The notes beneath the pieces were generated by a model. The model ran no database searches. It worked only from the letters and a program-made list of their open reading frames with translations, and had not been told where the DNA came from. Below, piece by piece: positions 36,443 through 47,947 of a stretch of DNA of 64,000 nt; within the stretch, counting starts at the first letter, position 1; each line of letters opens with the position of its first letter. The position numbers and the translations under genes are program-made. The stretch comes from Anaeramoeba ignava BMAN (taxonomy: Eukaryota > Protista > Anaeramoebae), in the NCBI GenBank assembly GCA_028826165.1, contig JAPDFW010000063.1, forward strand, positions 1,364,001-1,428,000, read 5' to 3'.

Positions 36443-39086
36443 ATGAGTTTCGATTACTTATTTAAAGTAATTATTTTTGGTGATTCGGCTGTTGGTAAAA
36501 CATCTTTAATTAACAGATATGTTGTAAATATTTTTTTATTTATTTGCTTTTTGATCCTTTTTTAAAAAAAAACAATTAAAATTTAATTAAAAAAAAAAAT
36601 CAATTAGGATAATACTTTTTTTACTGAAGTTCCTCCAACTTTTGGGGTTGAATTTGTAAGTAAAATTAAAAAAAAAACGAAATTCCATTCTTTTTTTTTT
36701 TTTTATTCTTTTTTTTATTCTTTTTTTTTTTTTTATTCTTTTAAAAAAATTAATAAAAATTTTTAGAAAACCAAAGATCTTCAAAATGAAAGAGAAACAA
36801 CAAGACTTCAATTAGTAATTAAATTAAAAATATAAAATCATAAAAAAAAAATTTTTTTTAATTTAAATTTTTAAATTAATTTTTTAAATGGAATTTTTTT
36901 TTTTCTTTTTTTGCCCACAAAAAAAATAAATAAAATTAAAATAATAAAAAAAAAAGTGGGACACAACTGGACAAAATGATTGTCGTATACCTTTTACTTC
37001 ATCGATTTACAAGTAAATTAAATTAAAAATTAAATTAAAAATTAAATTAAAAATTAAATTAAAAATTTTTTAATTTTTTTTTTCTTTTTAAAAAATAAAC
37101 AAAGAAATGCACATGGAATCTTAATTGTTTTTAGTCTTATAGATGAAAAAAGTATCCAGGAAATTGAATACTTTATTCGAGAAATTGATGACTATTGTAC
37201 TGATAAGATTGAAATTATTCTTGTTGGAAATAAATCAGATCTTCCAAATCAAATTTCAAATGTTGAAGAACTTGTGAAAGTAAACATTTTTATTTCTAAA
37301 ATTTAATTTAAAAATAATATTTAATTCCAAAATAATATTAAATTTAAAAATAATATTTAAATTCAAAAACATTATTTAATTTAAAAATAATATTTAATTC
37401 AAAAATATTATTTAATTTAAAAATAATATTTAATTTAAAAATATTATTTAATTTAAAAATAATATTTAATTTAAAAATAATATTTAATTTAAAAATAATA
37501 TTTAATTCAAAAATAATATTTAATTCAAAAATAATATTTAATTCAAAAATAATATTTAATTCAAAAATAATATTTAATTCAAAAATAATATTTAATTCAA
37601 AAAATATTTAATTTTAAAAAAATAATATTTAATTTAAAAATAATATTTAATTCAAAAATAATATTTAATTCAAAAATAATATTTAATTTAAAAATAATAT
37701 TTAATTTAAAAATAATATTTAATTTAAAAATAATATTTAATTTAAAAATAATATTTAATTTAAAAATAATATTTAATTTAAAAATATTATTTAATTTAAA
37801 AATAATATTTAATTTAAAAATAATATTTAATTTAAAAATAATATTTAATTTAAAAATATTATTTAATTTAAAAAAAATAATATTTAATTTAAAAATAATA
37901 TTTAATTTAAAAATAATATTTAATTTAAAAATAATATTTAATTTAAAAATAATATTTAATTTAAATTTAAAAATAATATTTAATTTAAAAATAATATTTA
38001 ATTTAAAAATAATATTTAATTTAAAAATAATATTTAATTTAACTAAAAATAATATTTAATTTAAAAATAATAATATTTAATTTAAAAATAATATTTAATC
38101 TAAAAATAATATTTAATTCAAAAATAATATTTAATTTAAAAATAATATTTAATTCAAAAACATTATTTAATTTAAAAAAATAATATCTAAATTAAAAATA
38201 ATATTTAATTTAAAAATAATATTTAATTTAAAAATAATTAATTCCAAAATAATTAATTTAAAAATAAATTTATTTAATTTAAAAAAAATAATTTAATTTC
38301 AAAAATAATATTTAATTCCAAAATAATATTTAATTCCAAAATAATATTTAATAATTTAAAAATAATATTTAAATTTAATTTAAAAATAATATTTAATTTA
38401 AAAATAATATTTAATTCAAAAATAATATTTAATTCAAAAATAATATTTAATTCAAAATAATATTTAATTCCAAAAATAATATTTAATTCAAAAAATAATA
38501 TTTAATTCAAAAATAATATTTAATTTAAAAATAATATTTAATTCCAAAAATAATATTTAAAAAATAATATTTAATTCAAAAAATATTTAATTCAAAAAAT
38601 AATATTTAATTTAAAAATAATATTTAATTCAAAAATAATATTTAATTCAAAAATAATATTTAATTTAAAAATAATATTTAATTTAAAAATAATATTTAAT
38701 TTAAAAATAATATTTAATTTAAAAATAATATTTAATTCCAAAATAATATTTAATTCAAAAATAATATTTAAATTCAAAAACATTATTTAATTTAAAAATA
38801 TTATTTAATTTAATAATATTTAAATTCAAAAACATTATTTAATTTAAAAATATTATTCAATTTTTATTAGGAACATGAATTGAGCCATGATTTTAAAATT
38901 TTCAAAACAAGTGCTTTAGATGGATCAAATGTTTCAACTATGTTTGAATATTTAACTGAACAAATGAAATTGAAAAATCCAAAAACTCAAAGAAACATCC
39001 AAAAGCGAACTGATGATGATGATATAATAAAAATAGGAGGAGATAAAGTTCCTGAAATTCATAAAGAAAAAAGAAAATGTTGTTAA
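36443..39086 (+). CDS. Rab-family small GTPase, 6 exons
   Basis: Spliced model gives FKVIIFGDSAVGKT, PTFGVEF, LQLWDTTGQ, LVGNKSDL, KTSALDG and C-terminal CC. Confidence 0.9.
37280..38870 (+). repeat. 1.6-kb intron of 18-mer satellite TAATT(T/C)AAAAATAATATT
   Basis: Tandem 18-mers between GT (37280) and AG (38870) in the Rab gene. Confidence 0.9.
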
Positions 39087-39277
39087 TTTTCTTTGTTTCT
39101 CTTTTGATTTTTCTTTATTTTTCTTTATTTTCTTACTAAAAAAAAAAACTCTTTTTTCCGATTTCCAATTAAAAAGTGAAATAAAAAAAAATTGAATTTG
39201 AAATTTGAAATTGTTTATTTTTGAAAAAGAAAAGTCTATTTGAAAAAAAAAAAAGAAAAAAGAATTTAAAATTTAAA

Positions 39278-41138
39278 TTAATTTTTACGAAGAAATCTTT
39301 GTAAAGCTGGAAGTGTTTTTGTTTTTTCAACATCTTGTTCTTGAAATTGTTTTTTTTTTCTTTCTTTTGCTTGAATACTTCTTTTTTCATTTGCAATTCT
39401 TCTTTTTTCAATCATTTTTTGTAATTTAAGAGTTTGTTCATCAATAACATTTTTTTGTTTTCTTTTCAATTTACGTTTTAAACGGGTTGTTTGACTTATA
39501 AAAGGACGTTGGTAATTTTGTGTTGGATTATTTGCTTCGAAATTAATTTTATTTTTTTGAAGAGTAATATCTTCTCGCGAATCAGCAACATTGCCAACAA
39601 AATTAGGATCAAGAGTAATCATTTCAGAGGGAACTTTTTCGAGCAGATTTTTTACAGTTTGTTCTGCTCTTTCTTTTCGAGTTGCAAATGGATTATTTTC
39701 ATAAGTATCAATATTGGGTTCACCAGCACCTGGTATAATAAGGCTTTGGAACCCATTAGATAATCCAACACCAAGAACATCTTCGAAAGGAGAAAACATA
39801 AGATTTTCGATGGTATTTGAGTTAAAGTTGTGGGAAAGATATAAAGGAATTAAACGGAATGTAGAATTTTTTTGGTTTTGATTTTGATTTTGATTTAGAT
39901 TTAGATTTTAAATTTTGATTTTGATTTTGATTTAAATTTTGATTTTGATTTTGATTTAAATTTTGATTTAGATTTTGATTTGTATTTTCATTCAAAATCT
40001 CATTCATAATTTCATTTGAAATTTCATTCGAATTCTCATTCACAATCTCCATCTTCTCTTTTTCTGCTTCATTTATCCAATCTTTCCATATTAAAACTTT
40101 ATTTGAAAATCCAGCAGCTAATAAATTAGTCTGACTAATATCCAAAGAAAGTGCTGGAGAATTGATCTTTTTAAAAGAATATAAATAATGGAATTTGCGA
40201 AGATCCCAAATTTTAATTGAATTATCAGTGCCTGAGGTTGCCATATAACGGCCGGTATCATCGATTGCTAAATCCTCGACTCTTCCACGATTAACAAAAA
40301 TTTTAGCGACAGGTTTATGGAGATTAGGGGAGCATAAAGAGACGGTGCCATTTGAATGGCCAAGATGAATAATAGCATTATGTTTATTTTGCTTCATGGC
40401 ATAACAAGGACCTAATTTTGTGGGGATCTCAGCAACAACAGTACCAGTGGAAACATCTTGATATTTAAGATATCCAGAGTTGCCGATGGATGTGAGTAGA
40501 AAATGGTAGGGTAGATACTCGAGTCTGTTTACGTCTTGGTGGTTTCGAAGACAGTGAATTTCGACACCATTCGAGTCGTAAACATAAGTGTATTTTTTTT
40601 GTGCAACAGCAAACATTGCCTCGTTTTGCAGGAACACAACGTCCCGCACTGCCTCTTGCGCTTGCAACTCACATTTCTTTGAGGATCTATACCAATCAAG
40701 AAGCGCAACATGTCCAAGTTTTGAACCCATAAGAAGGTATCGACCTGTTCTGTCGTATTTTATTCTATATGGTCCAAGTTTGGGTAATTCTAACTTGAAA
40801 TTCTTGTGTCGACTTCCAATCTCAATCTGCTCAGCTATTTCCTTTTGTTTTGTTTTGTATGTTTCTTCGTCTTCTTTCTCAGCTTCTATATATCCTGGTG
40901 TTTTTTGTACAAAAAGCTCCATCTTTGCTGAGTTTATTGCTGCTTCGTGAAATAAATCTTCTGAATGCTCAAGTTTTGCTTTCAGTTTTTTGTTTTGAAT
41001 TCTTTTTGTTTTTGTCGCTTTTCCTCGTTCATATTTTTTACTTTTTGTTTCTATTTCTTCATCGATTTGGTTTTGTCTTTCTTTAAGTTCTTTAATTTCT
41101 TTTTGAAGTTTTTTATTTTCGAAAACTTTGAAATTCAT
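39278..41138 (-). CDS. WDR46: WDR46/Utp7 (BING4) SSU processome WD40 protein; probable +1 error near 39906
   Basis: GPY..Y.RTGR.LL.G, FAVAQKKY.Y.YD..G.EIHCL, LEYLPYHFLL, YQDVSTG, BING4CT 'PFEDVLGVG..IPGAGEPN.D.YENNPF'. Confidence 0.95.
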
Positions 41139-41288
41139 TTTAAAAGAAAGAAAAATGAAAAATGAAAAATGAAAAATGAAAAATTTTTTTTTAATTTTTT
41201 CTTTCAATTTCTCTTGTTTTTTTTTTTCTCATGTTTTCCAAATTTTCTTGTTATTTCTCTTTTCATTTTTCTCTTTTTTTTTTTTAAA

Positions 41289-41762
41289 ATGCTTAATCTT
41301 CCAAAAATCTTAAATCAAGGAATTTATTCTAATCATATTAGATCAAAATCTCAAAATCTCATTTTTGATAAAAAATTTCAAGATAAAATCATTTCTTCTG
41401 AATTTATTTCTAGAGATGCTAAAGCGGATTTTACTTACAATTTATTATTGAAAAAAATGCAAATTGAAAAAAACAAAAAAATTCAAGAGAAAATTCTTCT
41501 TAGAATTATTAATTTTAAAATTAAACAAAAACTTTGTTCTTCTTCTTCTTTACTTTTTCATGATCCTCATCAAGATCAAAAAAGAGAAAAAGAAAGAAAA
41601 TTAAAAATTCAAAATTTAAGAAAAGCAGAAAATTTGAAAGAAAGATTAAGATCTCAAAATCAAAATTTAAAAAAAATAAATTTGATCAAAAATAAAATAA
41701 ATTTGATCAAAAAAAAATTAAAAAAAAATAAATTGGACTTTGACTTTGACTTTCACAATTAA
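41289..41762 (+). CDS. Hypothetical basic/coiled-coil protein
   Basis: 157-codon ORF from AAAATG, divergent from WDR46; no recognised motif. Confidence 0.45.
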   Translation: MLNLPKILNQGIYSNHIRSKSQNLIFDKKFQDKIISSEFISRDAKADFTYNLLLKKMQIEKNKKIQEKILLRIINFKIKQKLCSSSSLLFHDPHQDQKREKERKLKIQNLRKAENLKERLRSQNQNLKKINLIKNKINLIKKKLKKNKLDFDFDFHN

Positions 41763-41895
41763 TTGTTTTTTATTGTTCTTTTTTTTTTTTCGTTTTTTGG
41801 GTTTTTTGAATTGTTTTTTCTTTTTCTCGATCAAAAGAAAAAAAAAGAAATGAGAAGAAAAAAATGAAAAGAATTTTTTTAATGAATTTTTTTTT

Positions 41896-43446
41896 TTAAA
41901 GAATTCGTGATTTTCTTATTGCTCGAAACCAACTTTCTTCTTCTCCAAGAAGATCAAACCATAAATAAAAGACCTCTTTTGTTGTTCTTAATTCCAAACA
42001 ATTTGGTTTTTTTGTGACAGATTTATCCACTCTTGTAATTTTAAGAGTTTTATTAAGTCTCATTTGATAAGCTGGTTCTTCCTATTCAATAGAGAAATGA
42101 ATATAAATTTAATTTTGTTTTTGTTTTTGTTTTTGTTTTTGTTTTTGTTTTTGTTTTCTGGCTGATCTCTTTTTCTTTTTTTTTGTTGTTTTTTTTTTTT
42201 TTGATCATTTGATTATTTACAGTTTTTTGATTGAAAAATACAAGAAGCCCGTTCCATAAGCCAATATCATAAGAAGTCCATTTATTTTTCTTCAACAACA
42301 CAAGTTGAAGACCTTTTGCGGGATTTTCTTTGACTTTAACATTGGTTCTAAGAATAACAGGAGTTGCACGAATTGCAGCAAGTTCTTCTTCTGGATCAAT
42401 AATTTGAGTTTCATCCTCTAAAGGTTGATCATTGGCTTGTTCTATGGGACTTGGGCTTAAATGAGGAAGTTGACTGCGATTTGTAAAAGAATGTGATCGC
42501 ACTTCTTTTGTATTTTGAGTGGAAAATTCTGGCACTTCTTTTATTCTAGAAAAAACATTTGATTGAGCTCCTCTTTTTAAAAGAGGAGAACCTTGCATTT
42601 GTTGTTGTTTTAATTCTTGCTCTTTTTGTTGTTGTTGTTTTAATTCTTGTTCTTGTTGTTGTTGATCATATGAGTTCATATCGAATGTTCCATTTTCGAT
42701 ATCAAGTTTATCTTTTTTGAGAAGCTCAATTTCGCTCTCAATCTTTTGAATCTCACTGACTAATTGACTCATTTGTTTCTCATGGTCTTTTTGTTCTTGT
42801 TGGCTCTCTTGATTGAGTTCGCGAACTAATTTCTGCATCTCTAAGATTTGCGAAATGGTTGCATCGTTTCTGCTCATTTCAAGTTTTTTTTGTAAATTTG
42901 CCAGAGTTTCTTTCAGTTGTTCATTTTGAACATGCAAATCTTGGTGATTTTCTTTTTGTGCGTCATATTTTTGTTTGAAAATGGTTGATTGGCTTTGTAA
43001 TTGATGCATTTCTGTTTGCATTTTGTTTAAGGGCTCTTCAGTTTTTTGGATGAGCTCTGCTAAATCATCTCTTTCTTGCTTTAATTTTTGATAAATTTCT
43101 GCAGAATCATCATCTTCTTTCTCTAAAATTTGCTCTTTTTCTAAATCTGGGGCAACATCAAGCTCTGAATAGTTTTCGTTTATATGAAAAAGAAGCTTTG
43201 ATTTCTCTTCAGAAATTGTAGAAAGAAAAGGTGTCAGTCGTTGTAATTCAGAAACAAGTTCTCCAATTACAACATCCTTTTGTTTAATAATCTCTACGAA
43301 TTGTTCAACAACTTGTACTTTTTCTTGAGATAGATTTTCTTCGAATTGCTGTTATGGCAAATGCAAATGATATTTTTAATAAAGTTTTTTTTTTTTAATT
43401 TTTTTTTTTATTAATTTTTCTTTTGGCTTACATCTAAATCAGTCAT
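41896..43446 (-). CDS. Coiled-coil protein with C-terminal PH domain; exons 43446-43432, 43348-42221, 42081-41896
   Basis: Phase-0 GT-AG introns give one ORF; PH-like 'KKNKW....L..G.L.FF ... KPNCLEL.T....FYL ... EEESWFRAI'. Confidence 0.75.
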
Positions 43447-43687
43447 GAGAATTTAATAATTAAAAAAAAAGAAAAAAGAAAAACAACACACAAATTAAAA
43501 AAAAAAAACGGAAAATGAAGAAAAAAGGGAAGAAATGAGAAATTTAATGAAAATTAAAACAAAAGAAAAGGAAATAAAAATGAAATGAAGGAATCTAGAA
43601 AAGAAAAAAGTTTTTTCATTTTTTTTTTCATTTTTTTTACTTTTAATTTTACTTTAGATTTTTTTTTTTAAACAGAAAAAATACAAA

Positions 43688-46199
43688 ATGGAAACTTTTA
43701 ATTACTTTTTATTAATCAATTTACTTTTAGTTTTCGTTTTTTCTAAAGACTGTTCAAATTATCTTTCAAAGGATGATTGCATTAGTAATATTTAAAAATT
43801 TGAAATTATTTTAAAAAAGGATACTTAATTTATCAAATTAAATAATATAAATTTAATTAAAATTAGATGGAAATGATCAATGTGATTGTGGATGGTATTC
43901 TTGCCTATTTAATGGACAAATTTACACTGTAATTTTTTTAATAATATTTAATTTCAATTTTTTTAATAACAATTAATTTCAATTTTTAATAATATTTAAT
44001 TTCAATTTTTTAATAATATTTAATTTGAATTTTTTAATAATATTTAATTTCATTTTTTTATAATATTTAATTTCAATTTTTTAATAACATTTAATTTGAA
44101 TTTTTTAATAATATTTAATTTCATTTTTTTATAATATTTAATTTCAATTTTTTAATAACATTTAATTTGAATTTTTTAATAATATTTAATTTCAATTTTT
44201 TAATAATATTTAATTTCAATTTTTTAATAATAATTAATTTGAATTTTTTAATAATATTTAATTTGAATTTTTTAATAATATTTAATTTCAATTTTTTAAT
44301 AACATTTAATTTCAATTTTTTAATAACAATTAATTTCAATTTTTTAATAATATTTAATTTGAATTTTTTAATAATATTTAATTTCAATTTTTAATAATAT
44401 TTAATTTCAATTTTTTAATAATATTTAATTTTAATTTTTTAATAACATTTAATTTCAATTTTTTTAAATTTTAGGGTTATGAGTAAATGGTTCAATATTT
44501 AACTTAAAAACTTCCAACAATTTTAATTTATTTTTAAAGCAAATATTACAAAATATATTTAATTAAAAAATATATTTAATTATAAAATATATTTAATTAC
44601 AAAAATAATATTTAATTATAAAATATATTTAATTATAAAAATATATTTAAATCTAAAAATAATATTTAATTACAAAATATATTTAAATCTAAAAATAATA
44701 TTTAAATCTAGAAATATATTTAAATCTAAAAATATATTTAATTATAAAAATATATTTAAATCTAAAAATATATTTAATTATAAAAATATATTTAAATATA
44801 AAAATATATTTAAATCTAAAAATATATTTAAATCTAAAAATATATTTAAATCTAAAAATATATTTAATTATAAAAATAATATTTTAAATCTAAAAATATT
44901 TAATTACAAAATATATTTAAATCTAAAAATATATTTAAATATAAAAATAATATTTAAATCTAAAAATATTTAAATATAAAATAATATTTAAATCTAAAAA
45001 TATATTTAAATCTAAAAATAATATTTAAATCTAAAAATATATTTAAATCCAAAAATATATTTAAATCTAAAAATAATATTTAAATCTAAAAATAATATTT
45101 AAATCTAAAAATATATTTAAATATAATAATATATTTAAATCTAATAATATATTTAAATCTAAAAATATATTTAAATACAAAAATATATTTAAATCTAAAA
45201 CAATATTTAAATCTAAAAATATATTTAATTCTAAAAAAATATTTAATTCTAAAAATAATATTTAATTACAAAAATATATTTAATTACAAAAATAATATTT
45301 AATTACAAAATATATTTAAATCTAAAATATATTTAAATCTAAAATATATTTAAATCTAAAAATATATTTAAATCTAAAAATATATTTAATTATAAAAATA
45401 TATTTAATTACAAAATATATTTAATTACAAAATATATTTAATTACAAAAATATATTTAAATCTAAAAATATATTTAAATCTAAAAATATATTTAATTACA
45501 AAATAATATTTAAATCCAAAAATATATTTAAATATAAAATATATTTAATTATAAAATATATTTAAATCTAAAAAAATATATTTAAATCTAAAAATAATAT
45601 TTAATTACAAAATATATTTAATTACAAAAATATATTTAATTATAAAAATATATTTAATTACAAAAATATATTTAATTATAAAAATATATTTAATTATAAA
45701 AATATATTTAAATCTAAAAATATATTTAAATATAAAATATATTTAATTATAAAAATATATTTAAATCTAAAAATATATTTAAATCTAAAAATATATTTAA
45801 ATCTAAAAATATATTTAATTACAAAAATATATTTAATTATAAAAATATATTTAATTACAAAATATATTTAATTATAAAAATATATTTAAATCTAAAAATA
45901 TATTTAAATCCAAAAATATATTTAATATCTTTAAATTAATGTTTAAATTTTAATAAAGATGGTGCTTGAAAGGAAATGAAAATGGAGTTTCTAGTTCAGT
46001 TAATCCAGACACTTATTTATGCCCGATTAATTCAGATGGATTTAATTATTTTTATAATTGTGATAAAGGAATTTCAAATTTAGGAATAGGAATGATTGTT
46101 GTTGGTTGTTTAATTTTTGTTTTTGTGGTTGTTTTCATAGTTATTTATATTAGAAAAAGAAGAAAAACAAGCAAATATATGGAAATTAAAACAAATTAA
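43688..46199 (+). CDS. Small type-I membrane protein with PSI-like Cys ectodomain (PTTG1IP-like), 135 aa; exons 43688-43784, 43867-43928, 44475-44482, 45959-46199
   Basis: Signal peptide, C..Y.S...C...CDCGW...C..G pattern, TM helix, RKRRK stop-transfer, YMEI (YxxPhi) tail. Confidence 0.72.
43929..45958 (+). repeat. Two satellite-filled introns: 24-mer (43929-44474) and 17-18-mer (44483-45958)
   Basis: TAATTTCAATTTTTTAATAATATT and AAAAATATATTTAAATCT/TAATTA units. Confidence 0.88.
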
Positions 46200-46516
46200 A
46201 ATGAAAATTAATAAACAAATTAAAATTAAAATTAAAATTAAAATTAAAATTAAAATTAAAATTAAAATTAAAATTAATTTTATAAAATTTTTTTAAATTG
46301 AAAGTTTGTTCCAAAATGGAAAGAAAATTTACTGAAAAAGTAACCAATCAAAAAAAAAATGAAAGAAAAAAGAAAAAAGAAAAAAGAAAAAAGAAAAAAA
46401 TCAAATTGAAATTGAAAAATCAAATGGAAATTGAAATTGGAAAAAAAAATAAGTGATTTTGAAAAAAAAAAAGAACGAAAATGAGAAAAAAAAAAGATTA
46501 TAAAAGATTGAATTGA

Positions 46517-47751
46517 TTATGAAGAAGATCCACCGAAATTTTTCCAAGCTTTTTTGAGCTAAAAAAAAGAAAAAAAAAAGAAAAAAAGGAGAATAAGAAT
46601 AAGAATAAGAATAAGAATTAGAATTAAAATAATTAAAATTATTAAAATAGATAAATTACTTGTTTGCCAAGACCTTTCTTTTCCTTCTTGTGTTTCTTCT
46701 TGTCTTTATGAGATATATGAGTTTGGTTTGGCATCATCATAGGTTGGTTTGGCATCATCATTGGTTGTTGAGGCATCATCATTGGTTGTTGACCCATCAT
46801 CATTGGTTGTTGGCCCATCATCATTGGTTGCTGGCCCATCATCATTGGTTGTTGTTGACCCATCATCATTGGTTGTTGGTTCATCATCATTGGTTGTTGT
46901 TGGTTCATCATCATTGGTTGTTGTTGGTTCATCATCATGGGTTGTTGTTGTTGTTGTTGGTTCATCATCATGGGTTGTTGTTGTTGTTGTTGATTCATTA
47001 CCATTGGTTGTTGTTGAACTTGAACTTGTTGAACTACTGGTTTCTTTGTGGATTAAAATTCATTTATAAAATTAAAATTGGCAAATTAAAATTCATTTAT
47101 AAAATTAAAATTAAAATTAAAATTAAAATTAAAATTAAAATTAAAATTAAAATTAAAATTAAAATTAAAATTAAAATTAAAATTAAAATTAAAATTAAAA
47201 TTAAAATTAAAATTAAAATTAAAATTAAAATAAAAATTCAAATTCAAATTCAAATTCATTTATAAAATTAATATTAAAATTAAAATTAAATAAAAATACC
47301 TTTTTCTTTTGTTCCTGGTTTTCTTCCTTCACAATCATACCATTTTTCAAGAGGTTCACCACTCAAAAGTGTAGAAACATTAATACGGATAAAACCAAGA
47401 AGATCATGAGCACCAATTCTATCCCAATCACTGATTCCAACAATAATTTTAGCAGAATTGAGTTGGTCATTTTTGCAATTAAGGACATGGGTCTCATTCC
47501 AAACTGGATCAAGAGTTCCTTTGATAGTCTTACTTTTGAAGAAAGGTTTAACACCATTAATTGAAACTGAATAATAAGGATCCGACTTTAAGGAAAAATA
47601 AAAATAAATTAAAAATAAAAATAAAATTAAAATTAAAATAAAAATTAAATTAAAAATAAAATTAAGATTTGTTTTGTTTTACTTTTCCTCCAATATCTGC
47701 TGATTTTAGTCCTTTTGCCTCAATAACTTTAATATGTATTGGTGTAGTCAT
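46517..47751 (-). CDS. C2-domain protein with (Q)nPMMM repeat tail; exons 47751-47683, 47585-47300, 47043-46660, 46558-46517
   Basis: VIEAKGL..AD.GG.SDPY, TLDPVWNE, DWD.IG.HD.LG Ca-binding C2 motifs; last exon LKKAWKNFGG; one-base phase conflict at the exon 2/3 junction. Confidence 0.8.
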
Positions 47752-47947
47752 TCTCTAAATAAAATAAAAAATAAAATTGAAAAATAAAAAGAAGAAAAAA
47801 AATGAAATTAAAAAAAACTAAAAAAAGAATAAAAAAAAATTTTTTTTATTTTATTTTTTATTTAATTTATTACGCAGGCAAAAAAACAAAAGGAGAAAAA
47901 AAAAAAACAAAAGGAGAAAATTTATTTATTGTTTTTTTTTCTTAAAT

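Noticed and set aside
37280-38870. Regular repeats as CRISPR arrays or telomeric repeats
   Set aside because: No unique spacers and no cas genes; the repeats are degenerate, nearly G-free and lie inside spliceosomal introns
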